45,324 bases of DNA. Origin: Peribolospora baueri. Lineage: Eukaryota. The notes under the pieces were generated by a model. That model was not told the DNA's origin, searched no databases, and saw nothing but the letters and a program-made list of their open reading frames with translations. Position numbers and translations under genes: made by a program. Below, piece after piece: positions 10,031 through 21,802 of the stretch; the first letter of the stretch is position 1, and every line of letters begins with the position of its first letter. The stretch covers positions 1 through 45,324 of the forward strand of contig JAMDHS010000127.1 of assembly GCA_029717555.1 (NCBI GenBank). The letters are read 5' to 3'.

Positions 10031-13000
10031 CTCCTTGTGCTCGATAGTAATCTCATTCGGACGATCCTCCACGTCGTCCTCCTTCTTTCCTTTGCCAGTT
10101 CCGACACCGTCAGCGCCCACGTTGTCTTTCTCAGAGTCGGACAAGTCCCTGCGTTGAACGACCATCTTGCCGTCGTCCGAAGGCTGACCGGGTCCGGAAC
10201 CGGATTTGCCGGAAATCTGACAGACGTAGGAGGTCCACTGGCGCGTGGGGACGCGGGCCTCGAGCATCTCGTTGATCTCTTCGAGCGTTCGGCCTATCGT
10301 TTCAGGAATGTAGAAGTCTGCAAGGGCGAACGAAGTCGGAGCCAGGAAAGCAGATCAATAAGACTCGGTCGCGGAAGGCTCTTGTGGCCAGATAGAAGAT
10401 CCACCGGTTCGAACCGACGTGACTGAGGGGTAGGGGCCCTCACAGACAAAAAGCATGGCGATAACCGTTCCGCCGGCGTAGATGAAGCCTACCATGGCGT
10501 TCAAATTGGCCTCGCCTGGGTCGAACCTGATCGAATAGCGGTAGTGAGGTCGAGGTGTCGGTCAACAGCATCACAGAGGCGTCAAAAACAAATCGCAGAC
10601 GCACAAGTAGGGCAAGGTGAACGTGACGGCCCACGCGCAGACCCAGAAGCAGGCAGTCCCAAGAGACATGATCCTAAGGTTGACGATGCGCGCAAGCCGA
10701 GAGGATAAAAGTTAGGCCGACGCTATACAGGCAAATCCTTGTGTTATCGCACACGCGCGGGCCATCCTCACCTGTTCCTGTTCTTTCCAACGGTCAACTC
10801 GGTAGCGACGACCCACGCAAGCGGGCCCCAAGCGAGGTTGAAGAAGAAGACGTAAAGCTAGCGGGCCACAGAGGCGAACGAGCGCAATACCGAGCCAGTT
10901 GTCACCAGGCAATGAAATCGTCTATCCTCTACCGTCCTCACACTCACCATAATCATAGCAGCGATGACATTGGACTGGGCAGCCGTTCGCTCACCCTCAG
11001 GGACGATGCCGACGCCTCCGCAGACGAGGAGACATCCTGCCATCACCGCCGAGGTCCACAGGAGCAATGGACGGCGACCGAGCCGGTTTACGAGGAAGAA
11101 AGAGCAGATGACGCCGACGACTTCGATGATGTCCTGTGTGGACCAAAGTAAGAAGGACACCAAGAGATGGAGACCAAGATCAGCAAAGCGAAGCACCGAC
11201 GGGAGAAAACACACGATACGTACGACGACAATCGTAATGGTGAATTCGTTTGCGATTCCGACCGCTTTGAGCTGGCACGAACGCAAACAGATAGGAAAAA
11301 ATGAGCGACAACGAAAGAGAGATGCGCGTAATTAAGCCTGTGCCCTCCTTCGCGGTATATCTAAAGCCCCATCTCAGCTGGCGAAAGCCACAAGAGATCA
11401 GGGTGACACTACTGCCACTCACGAACTGAACATTTGATAATCACCACGGCCATTCACCGAACGGTCAAAATGTAGTCAAAGGGAAACATGGATAATTGGG
11501 AGCAAAAAAGTCAACAACGAGAGCGAAAGGGAGTCGTGTCTCCAGTGCTATTGGAGACTTGCCTTCGTCGTATAGGAGAAGATGAACTGAACCCCTCCGA
11601 TTTGTTGACAGATCAAAATCCCCAGGCCGCAAATGAACCGCCTTCTTTGCGTCCCCTGGAAAAGGGTACCCCACCCTCCCTCCCCACTACTCTCCATCTC
11701 GTCTCTCCTCGCAGCTTGGAAGGTGTCCATCTCGTGCTGGACCACCAGTTCCCTTTGCCCCGGCTCGTAGCCCTTGCAGATGCGCTCAAGGGCGCGAAGG
11801 GCATCAGAGTCGCGCATTTTGGAGATGTACCAACGGGGAGACTCGGGGATGAAGAGGAGCCCGACGAGGATGGCGACGATGAAGACGAGATTGATCCCGA
11901 TGGGAATACGGTATGCAGCCGTGTTGGTCAGGTCTTTGCTACCTTGATTGACGCAAGCTCCGATGACCTAAGGGGAGGAGCGGGGGAGTCGGAGCAGGAG
12001 GGAAAGGGGTCGTAAAGGGGGGCGTAGAAAGAGACGAAAACACACATCAGAGAAGAGATCAACTTAGTTCGAAGAGTTCGACAGCCTTCTCGAAATGGAA
12101 ATGAGGAAGCTGAATGCTCGATCCGCACCTGGCCAATAGCGAGCAGCAACTGCCAAGACGACACCACGGACCCACGGATGGCGGTGGGAGGTACTTCTGA
12201 AAGGTAGAGCGGAACGGCATTCGAGATGACGCCCACACCCATTCCAAGGATGGCGCGGCCAAGGCCGAGCAGGGGGACAGAACCAGCTAGGACGAGCTGT
12301 CGTGAGGGAGCCAAGTGAAAGAAGCCAAGAAAGGAACAAAAATGTCCAATGGTGAGACAACTGATCTGCCTATCCAGATACCGTCCCATTTGAGCTCCTT
12401 CCGCGAGCAGCTCACCTGCAACACAAATAGCAATGAGCACATCAGCGACCGTCAACCCAAATTCTTCTGGCCTCAGCCCCGGTGGTCCCACAGTCAACTC
12501 CTCACCTGCAAGATAACGCCAACAGTAATGAGCGCACAAGCGACCGTCAACCCAAGCTTCCTTCCACCCCAGTCCCCGACGGGCCCCGCCATGAGCGAGC
12601 CGATGACCTCTCCCGCCTGGACTATGGAGGTGAGCACGGACTGGATGTCTGACGAGAGTTGCTTCTCGCCTGTGGAGGTGTAAGTGTTGCCGTAGTCTTC
12701 GTTGAACCTGGCGAGAGCGAGACGTTGAAATGATTATGAAAAAAGAAAGAAAGTGAAGCAAGGTGAAGTAGGGGAAAACGAAGGCGGAGAAGGACATGTT
12801 ACCGTCGAGCAGTCGTCCGCTCACTTCTTCTGAGAGAGGATACCGGTGAAGTAGGTGCCTGCCGACCATGGTTGCGAGCAAGTGCGTAAGCCTCCAAGTC
12901 TATGCGAAATCCACAACCGCTTCCCTCCACTGACTGAGACTCCACGGCAAGATACCCCGTCTGAGCCGACAGCAGGGCCAACCTGGAAGCGACCTAGAAC

Positions 13001-13134
13001 GCACCATCATATCCGTAGGTAACAGCGCCGATGACGACGATGGCGCAATAGAACAGGGGCCTCGCGTTGGCCTTTGTGAAGAGCTTGGCGGTAACAGGGG
13101 AATCGCCGCTATTGGTCACCATTGCTCCACCCAT
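10028..13134 (-). CDS. MFS sugar porter family transporter, ~567 aa, 12 coding exons
   Basis: Exons 13134-13005, 12858-12825, 12707-12506, 12296-12129, 11967-11563, 11425-11423, 11271-11224, 11133-10948, 10857-10772, 10673-10605, 10526-10444 and 10317-10028 sum to 1704 nt in frame. Motifs: YGYDG, GDWGGRK, PLYLSEVPP..IRG, IPESPRW, QQIGG, LGRRPLLL, WGPLAW, IPETIGRTLEEI. Confidence 0.9.
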
Positions 13135-13739
13135 TGTCACAGGCAGGTCAGCTGCTGAGCAGGGGAAACTCCTGTCGATGCAGTTGGAGTCTCAGAGGAA
13201 ATGGATGAAGAGGGGAACTGCGAGGGCACGGAGGAGCTCCTTTTCGTTTCACACCCATGCAAAGACCAGGAACGCCCACGGGATGGCGCACGACGGAACG
13301 ATGGAATGTCTTCCACAGCAACCTCGTTCGACACGGAAAGAGCGGATGCATTATTTTACGCAGCCGGGGAGTCCCTATGGATGGATGATTTAATGTCCGT
13401 ATGGGGTCACTTATTAGCAAATAGCACGCAAATGAAATGGGGGGACTATTATTCCCGGGCGGGGCCAGACGAGGCCTTCGATGCACTTCTCTAGCATGTG
13501 TTCTGGCCGCAGCAAGGTGAACGGGCACATACTCCACGTGATGCGCGTGTGGTGATCGCGAGCTGCGCTTCCCCGTTCTCTCTTCTGCTCTCGGTATGGA
13601 CAAAACTCTGAATCTGCCAGACAAAAGATAGAAATTGTCTTGCCTCGTCAGCCGACAGGTGGAGGCATCGTCCGTGGCTGACGCTGCTCCGCCTTGTTGC
13701 CATCGAACCTCCAACGATCCTCGGCATGGACAACTAGCT

Positions 13740-16503
13740 ATGTCCTCCCGTCCGTGTTTGCGCCCGTCCCGGACGCCTGTGCGCGACGCATCTTCGCCAA
13801 CCATCCTCTCTCTTTCAGCCCCGCCTGCCGCCCTCGCCGGCGGCACCGGTACTCCTTGGACATGGGCGGGCCTTGAAGCCCGTAAACCCCTCCCGCTGCG
13901 TTTTGTCTTGATGCCTTCGCGGAGAGTAAGTAAGGCACTGTGTCCCTGTCTGGTCGTCGACGTGAACGGCGTCGAGGTCTTCAGGTGAGCCCGGCGTCCG
14001 TCGTCTTTAGTACGCTCTATAGGTTGGATTCATGTTGCGTCCACGTTACCTGTTTCATCGTTGCTGACTTTCTCGCTTGCCTTAAGGATCCTTGACCCCG
14101 AACATCGCGAGCCCTTCGTCTCCCTCTCCCGCATTTTCCAAGCTGCGGAGCGTACTCCCGTTGCTTCCTCACCCTCTATCTCCTCCCAAGGTCCCCCAAA
14201 CTGTGACGATGGGGCCATAAAAACGGAGTCTGGGTCAGTGCCAGCGCCGATGACTACGGTGGAAGGTTTGTTGCGCTTCGGATTGAGGAGGGAGAGGGGC
14301 GAGTTCGATCTCACTTTGGCTGGGTTGGAGCCCTTTGAGGACATTTGGGTAAGCCTAGTAGTTGTCCTGGAGCCGATTCGCTGTGCTATTCCGGGATTCA
14401 CAGTCTAGGGACGTGAAGGCGTCGCCAACATTCACTTTTAAGTTTCTCACGTTCGCCCTGTCCTCCTACGCTCTTCCTCCTCTTCCTCTCTCCTTCCTCA
14501 GGCGCCACTGGCCATAGCACGCCAGGTAGCAGCAGATTTACGCCTTCTCGAGCCATTGGGGGCTCTGCTTGACTGGAAAACGAGGTACGCCTGGTCGCTT
14601 GACGAGGGCAGGGATGCTGGGTTGGTGCACAAGTGAGTGTCGCGAATGTGCTCCTAACTCTCCTCTTCTCTCTTCTGCAGCAATCCATTGACTGTTAAAC
14701 TGATTGTCTCATCCCCCCTTTTTGCCCGCGTCCAGTTGGCGCATTCCATCGTCAATCCTCGACCCTTCTCTCTACTCTACTGCTGCGCTCCTCTCGACCT
14801 CCTTCTCTCGCATAGAGATTCTTCCCGAAGGCCAGCAGGTCCGTACCCAAGTGGATCGGCGGCTTCGATACGCGGGCATGGATTCGGTCACCGGCCTTTC
14901 TTCTTTTTACCATGGCGGCCCCTCCGGAGATGCCGTGGAGGACATCAAGGGTGGCGCGGGGAGGAATGATGACGGAGCGCATGCACCCAGCCACGAAGAC
15001 CGACGCTCAGCCGCGCACTTGGCGAAGAGGAGGTTGGAAGAGGAGCTGGTGAGGTGGACAGTGCAAGCGTACGAGGCGTGGCTCGACGTCCGAGAAGGCG
15101 TCGATAGCGTCGCGGCTACGACTCCGACGACGTCTCAAGGGGGCACCATATCGCCTTCTTCTTCCGGAGGAGGGCGACCGTTTGTATCGCAGCAGCCGCA
15201 CCTACCAACACCGGACACCATATCTATGTCCGCCTCGGGCTCTCCGGTGCATTTGCCCCCGCCGCGTCTCTCGTCGCTTGCGCTCTTCCCATCCGCCAGT
15301 CCACGTTCCTCCGTCTCCATCGACGCGCTGTCAGCCGCGTCCCTTCACCAGAGCTTCCTATCTTCTCTTTTCGTTATCTTGCGCGACACGCTCCTCTCCT
15401 CGCTCCTTCTCCCTCCCGAATGCGTCTCCCCGGACGGCCGGACGCTCTGTCTATGCGGAGGTGCATTGGTCGTGGAAAGGGAGGAATTGGTGAGCTTGTT
15501 GGATGGTGCGAGCGTGGTAGCGGCACGGGAGGGAAAGGAGAAGCGAGACGACGCGAAGCGGGAGCGCGAGGCCAAATGCTGGCTGGCGGTGGTCGACCTC
15601 ATCTCTCGAGTGGCCGTGTGCTCGTCGTCGGACTCGTCTCCCTTCCCCGACTCTGTCCCCATCACCTCATCGCCCCCAGGTAGCGGATCACCGATGGATC
15701 CGCACCATAACCGCGTCCCTGTCTCTCCCCCTTCCCCCTCCTGCCCCATGCTCATACCCCCAGCCGAGAACTCCCGTCTCCGTTTGCTCATCTCCAAACT
15801 CGACGGCCTTGAGGGTAGGATGGAAGGCGTGGAAACGGGCATGACGAGACTGGAGTCCGCGTTGGGAAGGGTCGTCGCGAGTCTCGAGGCCACTAGGAAC
15901 GCCATGGTCGAACGTGAGGGGAAAGGGGGTGGTGCGAGGAAGGGCGTGGGGAAGGGGGAAACGAAGGATTGTGGGGAGGGGCGTGTTGGGAAGCTAAAGG
16001 ATAATGGGAAGAGGAGAGGAACTGGGGATCAGGGCTATGCAGGACGCGAGGAAGGCGCGATGGTGGAAGAGCGCGGTATTAACGTCGCAGAGGGAGCAAC
16101 GCCGCACGGTTCCCTTTCTACCGAAGGTGCTGGTCATGGTAGCGAGCATGCTGGGGCTTCAGAACAGCAGCAGCAGCAGCAGCAGCGGCTTAAGCTCGAA
16201 GCTGATCCGTGTTCTCTGGATGTCGGTTCCTTTCCTTCTTGTCGTCTCCCAGAGGTAGCGCAGCGCTCGGGCACCTTGAGCGTGAATCTCCAAGATGAAC
16301 AGTCTCGCGGCGGCGGTCATGGACGACGCGGACACTCAAAGGGGGACGGTCACGGAAAGCGACTAGCAAGCGCCTCCACCGCCGCCGCTGTGTCCGGATC
16401 GTCGTCCACAGAGTCCGGCGCAGGGCCATTCCTGGCCTTTCCTACCTTCGTCCTACTCTGTCTCATTGTCTATGGGTCGTGCTGGTTCTGGTTGGGCCTG
16501 TGA
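13740..16503 (+). CDS. Divergent APSES/KilA-N-like domain protein with coiled coil and C-terminal TM anchor (Bqt4-like architecture), ~801 aa
   Basis: Exons 13740-13984, 14087-14348, 14502-14632 and 14736-16503 join in frame. Spliced segments CLVVDVNGVEVFR-ILDPEHREPFVSLSRIFQAA and DIW-APLAIARQVAADLRLLEPLGALLD resemble the two ends of APSES/KilA-N domains. C-terminus FLAFPTFVLLCLIVYGSCWFWLGL* is hydrophobic. Confidence 0.6.
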
Positions 16504-17678
16504 CGCAGTTCTTTTGTACCGTTTTCCTTTCGGGAGGCCATAGGGGAAGTCTCCCGCTCGGTAGCCCTTGGTTGTCGTCGCCGTACCACAGGCTGTGCTG
16601 TACCAGCAACTGATTGTCCACTATCACCCGTCCACCCTCCCCATCCTGTCATCGTCCCGCCGTGTTTGTCTTCTAGTCACCTGATGCAGTTTGATACCGG
16701 ACGCACTCTTCTGCGATAAGCAGCGAGTAGACAGCAATGTTGGCGATGCCTTGCTCGCCCCGGCTTTCTTTCGCAACAAACAACGGCGTTCTACTCGGTA
16801 CATACACTTAGGCCGAATTTGAGACCTCCTAAAATTACACGGGCACGGCTCGGCTTCATCGCGTCCCCCATTTGGCTCTGATTAAACACGATTCCTTGTC
16901 ATCATTGTCCTTCTGTATTGCGATAGGACGCGCTGAGCGTAGAGAGAGGGGGGCGGAGGGAAAGGAGGGCGAATGGGGCGAGAAACGTCAGACAGTCCCA
17001 CATCCTTCTCCAAAGCTGTCACATGATACAGAACAGAACCTTCCACTCTCCCCCAAACTCGGTCTTACCTGGGCAGCTCTACGAACGTGTCGCGCCTGGA
17101 TGTTCTTGTTGCCTACCCCTGCAGCCGCGTCCATCTGCGAGAGGAGCCGAGATTCGCGTGCGAGTTTTTGAAGGAAGAGGTTGTAGTGGAGGTAGATCTG
17201 CCGTGACCGAGCGAATGACCCCGGTTACAAAATGACCGAGAGGATGATACAGGGAAAAGACAAGGTAAGCCCGTTCAACCTCGACGACGTTAAGAGGAAT
17301 GGGAGAAAGTCACGACGCCCTTAAGGACGAGCAAGAGATCAGCCGTACAGTAGCCGTCCGCTCACCAACACGTCCGTGTTCTTGCCTAGCCTCTTGTCCG
17401 GCAAATGGCCCTTGACGATGGCCTTGAGCGTGGAGCGAGGGTAGAGACGCATTCTCGCCTGTTTCTTTCCCGGACCGACGTTGCGACGGTGATGGAGGCA
17501 CCGGGCAACCTATACGCGAGTGAGCCGAAAGCAGGCTCGTGCGTCGCGCTTCGAGACTGCTGCGGCGGTCACCGGCCGGTGTCTCAGGGTGTGGCGGTCT
17601 ATATCATACAGCCCCCTATACACCTGGTCGTCATTTACCCCACAGCTAACCACACACCAAGTCCTCTCCACGGCCGAC

Positions 17679-20014
17679 ATGGCGAACCCCAAGATCAACT
17701 ACGATGGCATACTTATGCTAGAGCAACCTTTTGCAAAGGTGAGCACCACTTTCCCCCTCGGTCCTTGCCCGGAGAGACTCGGAGGTCAAGCCGATGGCTT
17801 GGGTAATCCTAGGGCGGATGATGGCCCGAGTGGGTGCGGTAGCATAGGATGTCTGTCGGCAGAAGAAACGTACCGTGTGCTCAAGTATCCTTCTTGCATG
17901 AAACGTACTCCTCCCGCAACCCCATTTAGGTCCCCTACGAAACCCTTCGCCGAGCGTTCCGTAGCTCCCAGAAGCACGTCGAGCGCGAGTTCGGCGGCTT
18001 GCAGGGCTCCCTGTCTGATATGGAGCGCAGATTGAAGGGAGGAGCTGGCTCAGAGGTGAAGGCGTCTGGCGGTGGAAACGGAGAGGCGGGGGAGGACGTG
18101 ATGATGGCCACCGCCCCTGTTGCCGATACTGCTCTTTCTGGAGATGGGCCGCTGGAGACATCGGCCGGGAGTATGACGAAGGAGGAGGCCAGCAAGGTTC
18201 TCGAGGGAATGATAGGGAGGATGCGTGGGTTAAAACGCAAGGTGAGCAATGGCATTCGCGTAAGAGATGTTGGCGGAAAGGGCAGTATTGACGTTTCGTC
18301 CTCTTACCCCGCTTGCAAAGCTCTCGACGACCAACGCTACTACCACCTCTGCCTTATCGCAGTCTTCCCTCCGCCTCTCGCACTTACAGCGCCTCTACGA
18401 TATGGATTCCACTTCGTCGCCCGAATTTGAAGAGTGGAGCCGGACCAGGCTCGATCGCATGATGTGTGATTACATGCTGCGTAAAGGGTGGGCTGGCGCT
18501 GCTGAGACGCTCAAGAGGGAGAAGGGCATCGAGGTAAGTTGGTCAGAGCAATCGGACCGATTTGCCTTTACGCTTGCATTGTGCTCATACGGCGCCTTCT
18601 CATCATCTCTTGTTGTGCCGACGCTTCAGCCGTTTGCAGATATCGAGTTGTTCGCCGAAATCAAACGCATTGAGGATTCTCTCGCCGCGCGATCGTGCAC
18701 TGCATGTCTTGCCTGGTGTAGTGAGAACAAGAGCACTCTCAGAAAGATGAAAGTACGTACCTTCAGCTCCTGAATTCGTTTATCTGACAATCACATTAGC
18801 TGTCCACTCACCGCAGCGTTCGGTGTCCCGGTTCATTCGTTCTGCTCTCGTCTTTAGTCCACGCTTGAGTTCGACTTGCGACTGCAAGAATTTATCGAGC
18901 TTACGAGGAAGCGAGATGAGCTCCAGACCGCCATCGCCTACGTCCGGAAGCACCTTATCTCCTCTTGGTCTGGCCCTCCCACCGGCGAGGAGCAAGATGC
19001 AGTTGCCAAAGAAAACAGCGCGAGGATGAAGGAGGATATGCAGCGCGCTATGGGACTCTTGGCCTTCGGCCCGAATTGTGGCATCGTGACGTACGAAGTG
19101 AGTTAGACGAGCCTGCAACGTTACAGGTTTCAGGAAGCTTAAGCGAATGCCGCGTAATTCGATCCCATACCAGCAAATGTACGACCCATCCCGCTGGACA
19201 TCTCTAATCTCCACCTTCCGTTCAGCGGCGCTTTCCTTGCACTCCCTTCCCCCACAACCAATCCTCGCCATTGCTCTCTCGGCCGGACTTTCTTCGCTTA
19301 AGGTCCCCGCGTGCTATCCAAACAACAAGACTACTTCCACCAATTCCAGCGACCCGGCGGCGACCACTTCGCCCGAAGCGCTCGGCCCCACCGCTTCAAC
19401 GCTGAACAGCCTTCTGGCCCCTAGCGGCCTACTCCCTGGCTCGCCCGCACCGTCCCGGGAAAGCCGGGCGCAATCGCCCTTCGGCTCGTCCCATTCTCCG
19501 TTTCCTCACCCTTCGTCTCAGTCCTTCCCTACTGTACCCATCTCAGCGTCGGCTGAAGTGGGTTCAGGTCTACCAAAGCCGTCCGTCGTGCACAAGGATA
19601 AGAACATTGACTGCCCCGTGTGCGACGAGAACGGGCTCGGACTGTTGGCCGAGGAGGTACCGTGGAGTCACCATGTCAACTCGACGATAGTGTGCAGGAT
19701 CACTGGCAAGGTCATGGACGCTGATAATCAGCCGATGGCACTGCCTAATGGACGAGTGTATTCGAGGGAGGTGAGTCGAGCGTGAGGCGGACAGAAGTCT
19801 CTGTCAGTCTCTCAAGCTGACATTTGACAGAGGATTGGACCGGAAGAAGTGACTGACCACCTTCACCTTCCTTGCGTATTGCCATCTGCCTCTCCTGCTG
19901 CGGATGAGCCAGGCTCTAGAGGACATGGCGCTACGAAACAACGGCCGTATCACCTGCCCTCGTACTGGCGAGTCCTTCCACTTCGCCGAGTCGAGGAAGG
20001 TGTATATCTCCTAG
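17679..20014 (+). CDS. FYV10: GID/CTLH E3 ligase RING subunit Fyv10/Gid9 (MAEA ortholog), 7 exons
   Basis: LEQPFAK|VPYETLRRAFRSSQKHVERE; LisH WSRTRLDRMMCDYMLRKG; CTLH CLAWCSENKSTLRK|STLEFDLRLQEFIEL; RING-like CPVC..PWSHHVNS..CRITG..PMALPNGRVYS..CPRTG..KVYIS*. Confidence 0.92.
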
Positions 20015-20406
20015 ACAAGACTTCTTACTCCTATACCCTCATCGAGCCTCTCCGATTCAAGGCCTTCAAGTCGTCTCGATTGCCGTTTCTTCCTCATCCG
20101 CAGACCCCTCATCATATCATGTATTGCCCGATCTTCATCCTGTATTCTATCTATCTACTCGAATCAAGCACCCCGGCCGCCGCAGACCAATTTGCTAAAG
20201 GATTACAAAATCCATCTTCAAAAGTCCTACAAGATCATATAAAGTTACAAGGACATTATCACCTTTACAAGCAACCATTGCCGGTTGGACCGTGTTCAGC
20301 CTCCGCTTCTTGGTTCACAACCGATGGATAAAAACGATTCAAGGTCCCGGCCCTCAGACCTCCCCACTCTGGTCCGTCCAGCTTCTGTGCGCCGCTGCGA
20401 AGAACC

Positions 20407-21578
20407 TCAGCCACCGGCCATGTAATCTCGGACGGCCTTGGCCGAGGCGTGGCCCAAAGCGAAGACTGGTTGAAACCGGATAGACGCCCGTCAGCAGTCG
20501 ACGCAAGGAGGCTCGAGTGAGTGGAGGGCAGGGACCTCACTGGCCACGGTCGGATACAAGAAAGAGAGCCTGGCACTCACGCTCCTTCTCGCCCTCATCC
20601 AAATCGGCCACAAACTCAGCCCCTTCTATCGTCATGTGCCCTGCACCACCCTCGTCCCCGCCGCCGCCGAAACCCCCGAGGCCGATGTCGCGACCGGCGA
20701 TGCTGCCGGCGGTGGAAACGCCGACGTGCTGGGTTTGGTCCATGATCTCGGGAAGGCGGGATTGGAGGGCCTTCGAGTAATGGTGGGGCACCGGGGAAAA
20801 TGGAGTAAGCCACAGGACGCGAAGCGCGAAGGGAAGACTCATCTTCCCCTCCTTCCGGCGTGACGCGGGTAACCCCATCGTTCGCTCACCTTTTGGAGGG
20901 TCTCCAACAAGAGTCCTCCGTCCTCGAGCAGGCCGCCCAACCTGGCGCCAAAGCCAAAGAACCAAGGGCAAAGGTTCCGGAGACGTACGCTGCGTGCGTG
21001 CGCGTCGAGTGCGTTGCGGACCCGAGATGTGAAGGGTTTAGGGATATGGAGGTCTACAAAGTCGCTGTGCGGTGGAGATGCAGGAGAAAGCCGGGGGATC
21101 GAGTGAGTGATAGAAGAAACATGAGATGCCCAAAGAAAGGAGACCAGAAGAGGAAGTCTCACTGGAGTGCTAGTGTCTCAGCGAGCCAGAAAGGCAGTTC
21201 TATTCTTGTGTGCTCCTTGATCTGGGACATCGGGAGCGGTGATGAGGCGAGGAAATCAGTGACCCCTTCGAAACAATCCTACTCCATTGACATCTCGACC
21301 TCGAGGAGCTCTGGTATACCATTGGCATACAAACATACGTGCTCACTGGAAGCTTGCTAAACTCACGTCAGGATCATCATGGCCCTCGAGGTAGCCCAAA
21401 CCCGGCACGTCGAGTCGGAAAGTGCAGGGCAGTTTCTGAGAGGTGAGGGAAACGACGTGCTCAGGCCAGTCTCTAGACAACAGTGCCCGCGGCCCGGGGA
21501 GGTATCAAGCCTTCAAAACACCATACTCACTTGACTGTCGGCGAATATATCGTCTATTGACCAGTAGTCCTGATCCAT
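20407..21578 (-). CDS. PSF3: GINS complex subunit Psf3, 6 exons
   Basis: MDQDYWSIDDIFADSQ|KLPCTFRLDVPGLGYLEG..|IKEHTRIELPFWLA..|..PKPFTSRVRNALDAHARSVRL..|..EFVADLDEGEKE|LFALGHASAKAVRDYMAGG*, with canonical GT-AG introns. Confidence 0.9.
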
Positions 21579-21622
21579 CCTGTCGTGAGCCTGTTCGAGA
21601 TGGCCGGGTGGAGCAAGAGCAA

Positions 21623-21646
21623 TTTACGCGACGTGACGACACGCGT
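21623..21646. promoter_or_regulatory. Candidate MCB-type G1/S elements (ACGCGA at 21626, ACGCGT at 21641) in the PSF3/RSM18 divergent promoter
   Basis: Two CGCG-core motifs about 50-70 bp upstream of the PSF3 ATG. Confidence 0.4.
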
Positions 21647-21802
21647 CACAACACAAGTCATGTGCCAATCCAGGCGGCGGCCGTGGGAAGAAGGCCGGCG
21701 GGAAGGGTAGGCCGCTCTTCTCCGCTCGTTTCCGATCTGTGACCTCGAACTCATTCTCCCTTCCGCTGACATCGCCTTGCAAAACAAAACTACCAGCGAG
21801 CC

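Noticed and set aside
10405..10416. Palindrome CGGTTCGAACCG resembling a tRNA T-loop
   Set aside because: No cloverleaf or A-box context; it is an isolated 12-bp palindrome inside a transporter intron.
13926..13990. Second apparent recursive site: GTAAGT at 13926 and TTCAG|GTGAGC at 13984/13985
   Set aside because: No good branch site, removal would break the frame with the 14087 acceptor, and the segment encodes the APSES-like motif, so it is treated as coding.
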